Below the pieces are notes generated by a model that saw only the letters and a list, made by a program, of their open reading frames with translations, was not told the DNA's origin and did not search any database. Shown in pieces: positions 19,837 to 27,821 of a stretch of 64,000 nucleotides of DNA. The first letter of the stretch is position 1; every line of letters starts with the position of its first letter. The stretch spans positions 1,128 to 65,127 of the forward strand of contig SLMM01000011.1 in the NCBI GenBank assembly GCA_007133565.1. Direction: 5' to 3'. Position numbers and translations under genes: made by a program. The stretch is from Bacteroidales bacterium (lineage in GTDB: Bacteria; Bacteroidota; Bacteroidia; Bacteroidales; PUMT01).

Positions 19837-20520
19837 ATGAGATCAAGAATCCTGTTAACATCATTACTTACCCTTACCGTAATATTTAATTCATGCGGCC
19901 AGGGAAGCATTAATCGTTCTGAATTGAAAACGGAAGCCGATACCATCAGCTACGCCATTGGCGTGACCTTCGGATCGAGTCTCGTGATGAGTGGGCTTGA
20001 GGATATCAATCCCAGGGCGATAGCTCTTGCGATAGAAGAGCTGCTGGAAGGCGAAACCACCATCTTCAATCCTGATGAGGCTAATATGCTGCTGAACGAT
20101 TATTTTGCAAAACTGCAGTTTGGCTATAATCTTGAAGAGGGAGAAAATTTCCTTGCAGAAAATATGCTACGGGAAGGTGTAACCACCACCGAATCTGGTA
20201 TTCAGTATGAAGTTATCGAAATGGGAGACGGTCCTCGTCCCGCATCAGACGACGAGGTTGTTGTGCACTACAGGGGAACCCTGATTGACGGCACAGAGTT
20301 TGACAGTTCCTATTCAAGGGGTGAACCGGCACAGTTTGAGCTGGACCGCGTAATTCCAGGATGGACTGAGGCTCTTCAGCTTATGCCGGTGGGCTCAAAG
20401 TGGAGAGTATATATACCGCAGGAGCTGGCGTACGGTGCAAATCCCAGGCAGGGCGGACCAATTGAGCCCTACATGATGCTTATCTTTGAAGTTGAACTGC
20501 TCGACATAGTTACTGATTAA
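19837..20520 (+). CDS. FKBP-type peptidyl-prolyl cis-trans isomerase (FkpA/Mip-like lipoprotein)
   Basis: Lipobox FNSC. 'VVVHYRGTLIDGTEFDSSY', 'VIPGWTEAL..M.VGSKW..YIP..LAYG' and 'LIFEVELL'. Start trimmed to the ATG at 19837. Confidence 0.88.
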   Translation: MRSRILLTSLLTLTVIFNSCGQGSINRSELKTEADTISYAIGVTFGSSLVMSGLEDINPRAIALAIEELLEGETTIFNPDEANMLLNDYFAKLQFGYNLEEGENFLAENMLREGVTTTESGIQYEVIEMGDGPRPASDDEVVVHYRGTLIDGTEFDSSYSRGEPAQFELDRVIPGWTEALQLMPVGSKWRVYIPQELAYGANPRQGGPIEPYMMLIFEVELLDIVTD

Positions 20521-20523
20521 AAA

Positions 20524-20871
20524 ATGAGTTTAGTACTTGAAGGAACAGTCCTGCAAGTTCTTCCGAAACAAAGTGGTGAAGGTAAAAACGGCCCCTGGGT
20601 CAGGCAGGATTTTGTAATTGAGACACCAGGAGACTATCCCAGGAAAATATGTATCAGCGCCTGGGGTGAAAGAGCCGGTGAAGCTGAAAAACTGGCCGGT
20701 GGCGACAAGGTTACTGTAAACGTGAACATTGAATCAAGGGAATTCAATGAGAGGTGGTACACGGATGTAAGGGCCTGGAGGATTGAAAGATCTACCGTTG
20801 CAGGAAATGAAGAACCACCGCCGGATGATGATATTCCTCCACCCTCTGACGATGATCTTCTGCCTTTCTGA
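20524..20871 (+). CDS. DUF3127 family protein (OB-fold-like) with an SSB-type acidic C-terminal tip
   Basis: 'GTVLQVLPKQSGEGKNGPWVRQDFVIET', 'RKICISAWGE' and 'ESREFNERWYTDVRAWRIE' match DUF3127 as I remember it. The tail is ...PPPDDDIPPPSDDDLLPF. Confidence 0.7.
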   Translation: MSLVLEGTVLQVLPKQSGEGKNGPWVRQDFVIETPGDYPRKICISAWGERAGEAEKLAGGDKVTVNVNIESREFNERWYTDVRAWRIERSTVAGNEEPPPDDDIPPPSDDDLLPF

Positions 20872-20905
20872 AGACAGGTTTCCTACCCACGGTTATTAAT
20901 CAAAA

Positions 20906-20933
20906 AGAGGCTGGAGTTATTAGTCCAGCCTCT
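20906..20933. terminator. hairpin terminator between convergent genes
   Basis: Perfect 10-bp stem AGAGGCTGGA / TCCAGCCTCT with loop GTTATTAG. On the minus strand it is followed by a CTTTTTG run, which serves gene 20957..21421. Confidence 0.6.
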
Positions 20934-20956
20934 CTTCTGTTCAGCCCGGTGCAGGC

Positions 20957-21421
20957 TTATTTTGCTGCCAGATTATCGGCCTGTCCCCAGAAAAACTGCT
21001 GGAGCGATTTATGGTTCTGACTGGTGAAGGTTACTACATATTCTCCACTGTTATTGTAAACCAGATAGGTTACTTCTGCAGGAAGGCCTGCACCTCTGTG
21101 ATCTTCATGCTTGTAAACATAAAGTCCGTTACGGTAACCCTTCAGTTCCATAAAGCTGTAACGACCGGTCGGCTGATTATTTCTGATAACAGGCATTCTG
21201 CTGTAAGTGCGGCCGTCTTTTCTGAACGATACAACATCGGCGGCCTGGTACCTTGACTTTCCGTCTTCATTAATACCTACCAGGCTGGATGTAATGCCAT
21301 ACCTGACCCTGTCATAGTAGGTTACTTCTTCGCCGTTAATTACGTAATCGGGTACTCCGGCCTTTGTCATGGAAGTGATACAAACAATTCCTATTACAAT
21401 TAAAATAGTTGCTTTTTTCAT
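20957..21421 (-). CDS. hypothetical secreted protein
   Basis: 154-aa ORF with a signal peptide (KKATILIVIGIVCITSMTKA). No family recognised. Has its own terminator and a strong RBS. Confidence 0.6.
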   Translation of the reverse strand: MKKATILIVIGIVCITSMTKAGVPDYVINGEEVTYYDRVRYGITSSLVGINEDGKSRYQAADVVSFRKDGRTYSRMPVIRNNQPTGRYSFMELKGYRNGLYVYKHEDHRGAGLPAEVTYLVYNNSGEYVVTFTSQNHKSLQQFFWGQADNLAAK

Positions 21422-21430
21422 TTTTTGGTT

Positions 21431-21437
21431 CCTCCTT
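21431..21437 (-). promoter_or_regulatory. perfect Shine-Dalgarno (AAGGAGG) 9 nt upstream of the ATG of gene 20957..21421
   Basis: The minus strand reads ...AACTAACACTAACACTAACTAAATAAGGAGGAACCAAAAAATG. Confidence 0.6.
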
Positions 21438-21693
21438 ATTTAGTTAGTGTTAGTGTTAGTTTACCCGTGGAAGCACCAAAGTTGTGCCAAACAACATATA
21501 ATTCTGTAATCCAGATACTTGAAAAATGAAATAAGAAATGAGTCAAAAATAAAATCATCCAGCCGGACATAAAAGTGCACGATTTCGTACATTAAGCGTT
21601 CACATCCCGAAATCAGAGATGAAAAACCTCGTGGCCGGATGCAGCCGAGACTGTTTATCCGTCAAGAACAGGATTTTTTTACATGGACAGGAT

Positions 21694-23817
21694 TTATTCA
21701 ATGCCCGCAAGGTCAATCAGGAATGCATATTCCATTGCAATTTCCCGGTATCGCCTGTAACGGCCGGCTGCACCACCATGCCCGGCTTCCATGTTGGTGT
21801 ATAACAATAACGGATTGTCGCATGTTTTGTATTCGCGAAGCTTTGCAACCCATTTAGCAGGCTCCCAGTACTGCACCTGTGAATCATGAAGTCCGGCAGT
21901 AACAAGCATTGCAGGATATTCCTGCCTCTCCACCTGGTCATAGGGTGAGTACGAAAGTATGTAGTGATAATAATCTTCGTCATTCGGGTTGCCCCATTCA
22001 TCATACTCGGAGGTTGTCAGGGGAATGCTGTCGTCAAGCATGGTAGTAACAACATCCACAAATGGCACTGCGGCAATAACACCACGGTACAGGTCGGGCC
22101 TCATATTTATCACCGCACCTATAAGCAGGCCGCCTGCACTTCCGCCCTGAGCGAAAAGCATATTTTCATTCGTGTAATTCTGCTCGATGAGGAATTGGGC
22201 GCAGTCGTTGAAATCGGTGAAGGTGTTCTTTTTGTTCAGCAGTTTACCCTCTTCGTACCAGTACCGCCCCATCTCCTGTCCGCCTCTGACATGAGCTATG
22301 GCATATATGAACCCCCGATCTATAAGGCTGAGCCTTACCGAACTGAACCGCGGATCTGTACTTGAGCCATAGGAGCCATACGCATAAAGCAGCAGTGGGT
22401 TTGTTCCGTCTCTTTCCACCCCTTTCCGGTAAACAAGAGATACAGGTATTTTTGTGCCGTCACCTGCAGTAGCATATAACCTGCGGGCCTGGTAATTATC
22501 CGGGTCAAAGTCACCTAAAACCTCATCCTGTTTCAGGAGCACCTGCTCGCCGGTTTTCATGTTGTAATCAAAAACCGAATTAGGGGTTGTAAGCGAACTG
22601 TAGGTGTACCTCAGGTTATCGCTGTCAAAATCGGGATTAACAGAAACCGCCGCGGTATAAGCCTCTTCGGGAAACTCAAGGTAATGCCCTGACATATCAT
22701 CCCAGTTATAGATATATATCTGGCGCAGGCCGTTCTTCCTTTCCGACAACACCAGATGGTCATTGAATATCTCGATACCGCTGAGCAGGACATCATCACG
22801 GTGTCCGACCAGCTCCCGCCAGTTTTCTCTGCCGGTAAAACGGGTGGGTGTTTCCATAAGCCTGAAATTCTCGGCCTCCCAGTTGGTAACTATATAGAAC
22901 TTGTCATTATGGTGATCTACGCTGTAGCGCATATCCCTTTCCCTTGGGTGGAAAACACTGAAGTCCGCCCCGGGGTCATCAGCCTTTACATACCGGTATT
23001 CGGTCGATAGGGTGCTTGATGATACTATCATGATATACTCTTTCGACTTGGTAGTAAAAACAAAAACCCTGTATGTTTCATCATCCTCAAAATACACAAG
23101 TTCGGATTTACCGTCAGCATCTCCCAGAACGTGACGGTAAACATTTTCAGCACGAAGTGTGATAATATTCTGCGTGGTATAGAAAAAAGTCCTGCTGTCG
23201 TTGCTCCAGGCTACATACCCGTTTGTTTCGGAGATCTGATCAGGCATTACCTCGCCTGTTTCAAGGTCCTTGAAGTGTAATGTGTACCTGCGCCGGCCCA
23301 CCGTATCAACCCCATAGGCAAGGACCCTGTTATCGGGACTAACCCGGAGGCCTGTAACCTGGAAAAAGCTGTGCCCCTCTGCCATCTCATTTACGTCGAG
23401 CATTACCTGCTCCGGTGCATCAAGGTCTCCCTTTTTGCGGCAGTAGATGGGAAACTCCTGACCCTCCTCATAACGGGTATAGTAATAGTATCCGTTTTCA
23501 TAATACGGCACCGACTCATCTGTCTGTTTTATCCTTCCTATTATTTCGTCATACAACTTCTCCTGGAGATCTCCGGTATGCCTGAGCATTGCCTCCGTGT
23601 ATTCGTTTTCGGCCTCAAGGTATTCTATCACGGCGGGATTATCACGTTCGCGAAGCCAGTAATAATTGTCAATCCTCGTATGTCCGTGAGTAGTTATCTC
23701 ATGCGGAATCTTTTCGGCAACCGGCGGCCGGGGCGCCTGTTGTTTGCAGGAACCTGAAAACATGGAAATAGCTGTTAACATAATGATTACTGATAATGCT
23801 GATGAACGGATTTGCAT
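21694..23817 (-). CDS. ptrB: S9A peptidase, oligopeptidase B (protease II) type
   Basis: 707 aa with a signal peptide. 'YYWLRERDNPAVIEYLEAENEYT', catalytic 'GGSAGGLLIG', and a C-terminal 'GLHDSQVQYWEPAKW' and 'GHGG'. Confidence 0.85.
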   Translation of the reverse strand: MQIRSSALSVIIMLTAISMFSGSCKQQAPRPPVAEKIPHEITTHGHTRIDNYYWLRERDNPAVIEYLEAENEYTEAMLRHTGDLQEKLYDEIIGRIKQTDESVPYYENGYYYYTRYEEGQEFPIYCRKKGDLDAPEQVMLDVNEMAEGHSFFQVTGLRVSPDNRVLAYGVDTVGRRRYTLHFKDLETGEVMPDQISETNGYVAWSNDSRTFFYTTQNIITLRAENVYRHVLGDADGKSELVYFEDDETYRVFVFTTKSKEYIMIVSSSTLSTEYRYVKADDPGADFSVFHPRERDMRYSVDHHNDKFYIVTNWEAENFRLMETPTRFTGRENWRELVGHRDDVLLSGIEIFNDHLVLSERKNGLRQIYIYNWDDMSGHYLEFPEEAYTAAVSVNPDFDSDNLRYTYSSLTTPNSVFDYNMKTGEQVLLKQDEVLGDFDPDNYQARRLYATAGDGTKIPVSLVYRKGVERDGTNPLLLYAYGSYGSSTDPRFSSVRLSLIDRGFIYAIAHVRGGQEMGRYWYEEGKLLNKKNTFTDFNDCAQFLIEQNYTNENMLFAQGGSAGGLLIGAVINMRPDLYRGVIAAVPFVDVVTTMLDDSIPLTTSEYDEWGNPNDEDYYHYILSYSPYDQVERQEYPAMLVTAGLHDSQVQYWEPAKWVAKLREYKTCDNPLLLYTNMEAGHGGAAGRYRRYREIAMEYAFLIDLAGIE

Positions 23818-23871
23818 TTTTTTCTGATTTGGTTAATTATTTCTTAAACCCGGGTATAATGGTTACTGTTA

Positions 23872-25737
23872 TTATTGCCCGAAAAGTTTATTGTATTCCT
23901 CAACACTGCTGTTATTGAGGCAGGCCTCAATAATCCTGCGTCCAAGGTCGGACATCCCTGGCACCAGATATTGCGGGAGCTGTTCGCGGAAAAAGGAAAC
24001 AAGTATCTCGGCCCCCTTGTCATACCCATCAAACCCTACCGCTTCCTGCCGATAAACTTTCAAAAAACGTGATGGAATCTTTGAGCCTTCTATTGTCAGG
24101 TAATTCAACTCATAACCCAGAAGCGGGCAACGGGCCGGCTGATACTGTTCGGACCTGAATTTTGCATTCCCCCTGCGGGTCAAATACTCACGCATCAGCA
24201 ACTGGGGTTTGAACCCCACTTTCCAAACACCTATATACTGATTGGGCGTAAGCACATACTGGGTAACCGTATTATTAACAATCTGATCAAGCAGAAGGTT
24301 TGCGTGTGTAACCTTAAGCCCGGTTGCAAACGGCCAGTATGAACCTACTCCCTCGCTGCCCATCTTGTCAGAATCAACAATGCTGGGGTTGGCATGCCCC
24401 CTTGGCGATACAAGCCTCCACAACCATGCAAGGGCAGGCGGCAGGATATGAAACAGACCTATTATACCGTAACTCGGATGTTCTGCCGAACATGGAGGAG
24501 TACGCACACCAAAGCTTCTTACGTCAACTGAAACAGGTTTGTTAACAACACCTGGGAATATCTGCCTGGGGACAACCACGCGGGGATTGGGACATGGCTT
24601 ACCAGGTTCGTCCTCGATATGGTTCCATATAAGAGCCGTACCGCCGGGATTAGTGCGGATATTCAGAAAAAGAAGAGGTTCAGTTGCATTGATGGTAAGT
24701 TTTTCGATCTGAGGTTCACAACCATAACCGGTTATGTTATCAGTCCTTATGAACCACCCGTGCTCAGCATCCATTATCCTCAGCCTCATTCCCCCCGTCT
24801 CATAGGAAGGATGGACAATGCCCATATCGTCACATACAGGGTTTATCTTGCAGAATTGAGGTATTGCCGTAGCCCTCTTCTCCCCCGTAAGGGTATTTTC
24901 GCCAATAAGAACCGATCCTTCGGGCTCACGTACTATAAGCTGCAGCATCTCACTCTTTCCGCCACCGCTTGCACCCTCATGCATGAATGTGGTAATATTG
25001 TCATACGGGCTGACTGATTGTACCGCAGAACAGTGTGGCGCAGACCATCCCTCATATTCGCCTATGGAAAGAAGTACCCCGTAAATGCCTTTTTTGGCAC
25101 TGGGGCCCGGGTAAAGATTATATGAAAATATCTCATACACTTCATCTGTACGGTTGTGAACCACTACCTGCTTCCCGTCAAAATGCGTGTGCCTGAATGT
25201 GGGTGCCACATAAACAACCGATTTTACAGCCACATCTTCGGTCAGTTCTTCGGCATTAACTATTTTCTGGAGCAATGACAGTCCCATGCAAAAAAAGGCT
25301 GCGTTTGCAGGTGCAACAGCTATCCCGTAATAGCTGAATTCGGACGGGCCTATCTGGAATATGAAATATCCCAGATCCTGGTCCTTCAGCCATTGCAGGG
25401 TTTGATCCCGCAACGGCCCGAATTCTCTGCCGTACCTGTCTGAAAACCTCTCCTTGTCACTTGGCTTCTCGTCAGCCACCACGAGTGTGTCGGGATCCCT
25501 GCGCCTCATATAAACTTCGGAATAGTTGACAGAAATTCCGTTGGCAACCCTGTGAACCACAGCTTCAACATAGTTACCCTTACCCTCTATTTCATAGCTT
25601 ACTTCGAAGTTGTTGTTATCGCTCCCGCCAACCGCTGCTTCTGCAAGTTCGGCAGAGCTCTTAAAACACGTACAGCTTTTGCAGTTTTTGAGGAGGCCGG
25701 ATACCTCATCAGGCAACCTGATCTTTTCTGGTAACAT
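23872..25737 (-). CDS. DUF4914-like protein with an HprK/PEPCK-type P-loop
   Basis: 621 aa. Its size and Bacteroidota context fit DUF4914 (from memory, unverified). The motif 'EGASGGGKSEML' followed by 'CDDMG' is readable at aa 254-304. Confidence 0.55.
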   Translation of the reverse strand: MLPEKIRLPDEVSGLLKNCKSCTCFKSSAELAEAAVGGSDNNNFEVSYEIEGKGNYVEAVVHRVANGISVNYSEVYMRRRDPDTLVVADEKPSDKERFSDRYGREFGPLRDQTLQWLKDQDLGYFIFQIGPSEFSYYGIAVAPANAAFFCMGLSLLQKIVNAEELTEDVAVKSVVYVAPTFRHTHFDGKQVVVHNRTDEVYEIFSYNLYPGPSAKKGIYGVLLSIGEYEGWSAPHCSAVQSVSPYDNITTFMHEGASGGGKSEMLQLIVREPEGSVLIGENTLTGEKRATAIPQFCKINPVCDDMGIVHPSYETGGMRLRIMDAEHGWFIRTDNITGYGCEPQIEKLTINATEPLLFLNIRTNPGGTALIWNHIEDEPGKPCPNPRVVVPRQIFPGVVNKPVSVDVRSFGVRTPPCSAEHPSYGIIGLFHILPPALAWLWRLVSPRGHANPSIVDSDKMGSEGVGSYWPFATGLKVTHANLLLDQIVNNTVTQYVLTPNQYIGVWKVGFKPQLLMREYLTRRGNAKFRSEQYQPARCPLLGYELNYLTIEGSKIPSRFLKVYRQEAVGFDGYDKGAEILVSFFREQLPQYLVPGMSDLGRRIIEACLNNSSVEEYNKLFGQ

Positions 25738-25878
25738 GATCTTATTTATGATTTAATAGCATTAATGTAACTTCCTCCGGAAAGGCCGCAGCAAAATTAT
25801 ATATATCATCTGCCAAAAACAATACTGATTGCGACAATAACCAAATAATTTTACAAAATTGATTATGAGGTCATTAAC

Positions 25879-27720
25879 TCAATCCCGGAGCTCCAGGCTT
25901 CTTCTGATCCTGATGTTCGCCTCCCTGATCTTCTCAATGTCCATCTTGAACTGCTTGCGGTCATATGTCAGCAGTCCGTTAACCTCAACTTCAACATCAG
26001 TGGTCTGCGTGTATACGGCACCTGATATTCCCGCCCTGATAAGCCTGATCAACTGTTCGGCATATTCAAGGTATTGTGCGGCAACCTCCTCAGAAGAACT
26101 GAACTGGATATAACCCCAGTTCCTGTCAGGTTCCCACAAATGTCCCTCCAGGGCGAGGCCGATACCTCCGAATTCGCTCAGTACGGTGGGCCTTGCAGCA
26201 TCATAGAGGTACAGCCTTGGCTGGGGATAGTTGTGAATTCCCAGGATATCTCCTGTCTGGAAATGGTTCCCTCCGCTGGCCGGCAATACAAGCCTGCCGG
26301 GGTCATATTGCCTGGTCCATTCCGTTATCTCTTCAGTTTTGAACTGGCCCCAGCCCTCATTGAAAGGTATCCAGGTAACTACTGAAGGATGGGAATACAA
26401 CATATCAATCACAGCTTTCCACTCTTTACGAAAATTGGCTTCAGATTCAGGGCTTCGTTCCAGCTCATTTCCATCAAAAAACTGCCTCATCTGCCATACC
26501 GGTGTTTCATCACCGCTTGGCATATCCTGCCATACAAGCATGCCAACCCGGTCGCAATGCATATACCAGCGGGCAGGCTCAACTTTCACATGTTTGCGGA
26601 TCATATTGAAGCCCAGATCTTTTGTTGCCTTTATGTCGAAAAGGAGAGCCTCGTCAGATGGCGCAGTATAGAGTCCGTCAGGCCACCATCCCTGATCGAG
26701 TGTGCCCATAGGAAAATAGTTTTCGTTATTCAGCTGCAACCTCATAATTCCATATTCGTCTCTCGCAGTCGATATTTTGCGCATGGCAAAATAGCTTTTT
26801 ACCCGGTCAGATTCTTTCCCTCCACTGTGAAGGATCAGCTCCATATCGTAGAGAAAAGGATATTCAGGAGACCATAGTTCCGGTGAGTCCATGTGAATAT
26901 CCAGCGCCTCGGTTACCGAGGCCTTGCCGGTTGCCGTCATTTTTCCGCTACCTGATATCCTGACCTCAACATAATCTCCCGGAGAGGTTCTGCTGGTTTC
27001 GACCTCTATGGTTACAAGGCTTCTGTCTATATCGGGTGTTGTCCTGACAGAGGTCAGATGATTGGATGGTACCGGCTCAAGCCAGACTGTCTGCCAAATA
27101 CCCGTTACGGAGGTGTACCATATCCCTCCTGGCTCGGAAACCTGTTTGCCCCGGGGCTGGTAAGACCTGTCAGCAGGGTCCCACACCCGTACAACCATCT
27201 TCTGCTCCGTACCCGGCGATAAAAAAGGTGTTATATTAAACCAGAATGGGGTGTAACCCCCGGTATGAGTTCCAACCTTTATCTCATTTATCCAGACCTC
27301 CGTCTTCCAGTCCACCGCACCGAAATGGAGGATAATTTCATCTCCTGACCACTCCCGGGGCACGGTAAAAGTGCGGTGGTACCATACCACCTTATCCTCT
27401 CCAACGGACTTCTTAACCCCTGAAAGGGCTGATTCAACAGGAAACGGCACCAGGATACTGCCGTCATAGCTGCCTGGCTCAGGTGCAAACCGGGGACTTA
27501 TGGAATAATCCCACAGCCCGTTCAGGTTCTTCCACTCCTCCCTTTCCATGAGTGGGCGAGGATAAGCATCCCAGACATTACCGGGAGATACTTCTTCGGC
27601 CCAGGGAGTCATGATCCTTTCACCGGCGGGTTTCCACTGGGAACCGGCTCCCGACGGATATAAAAGGAAGAATGCCGCTACCAGTGCGGCAGCAAAAATA
27701 TTTCTCTTATACATAAGCAT
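25879..27720 (-). CDS. glycoside hydrolase family 2 protein
   Basis: Signal peptide, then GH2 sugar-binding region 'WKNLNGLWDY' and 'ILHFGAVDWKTEVWINE..VGTHTGGYTPF', TIM-barrel 'GFNMIRKHVK', and 'WIPFNEGWG' (acid/base region). Start set to the internal ATG at 27720. Confidence 0.8.
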   Translation of the reverse strand: MLMYKRNIFAAALVAAFFLLYPSGAGSQWKPAGERIMTPWAEEVSPGNVWDAYPRPLMEREEWKNLNGLWDYSISPRFAPEPGSYDGSILVPFPVESALSGVKKSVGEDKVVWYHRTFTVPREWSGDEIILHFGAVDWKTEVWINEIKVGTHTGGYTPFWFNITPFLSPGTEQKMVVRVWDPADRSYQPRGKQVSEPGGIWYTSVTGIWQTVWLEPVPSNHLTSVRTTPDIDRSLVTIEVETSRTSPGDYVEVRISGSGKMTATGKASVTEALDIHMDSPELWSPEYPFLYDMELILHSGGKESDRVKSYFAMRKISTARDEYGIMRLQLNNENYFPMGTLDQGWWPDGLYTAPSDEALLFDIKATKDLGFNMIRKHVKVEPARWYMHCDRVGMLVWQDMPSGDETPVWQMRQFFDGNELERSPESEANFRKEWKAVIDMLYSHPSVVTWIPFNEGWGQFKTEEITEWTRQYDPGRLVLPASGGNHFQTGDILGIHNYPQPRLYLYDAARPTVLSEFGGIGLALEGHLWEPDRNWGYIQFSSSEEVAAQYLEYAEQLIRLIRAGISGAVYTQTTDVEVEVNGLLTYDRKQFKMDIEKIREANIRIRRSLELRD

Positions 27721-27821
27721 AACATTTAATTTGGTAAAAGGAGTGTCCCTGCAATATAATAAAAACAACCGGGTAATAAAATCTTATCAGCCCTAAAAAC
27801 ACAGATTGCCCTGGCAAAGAT

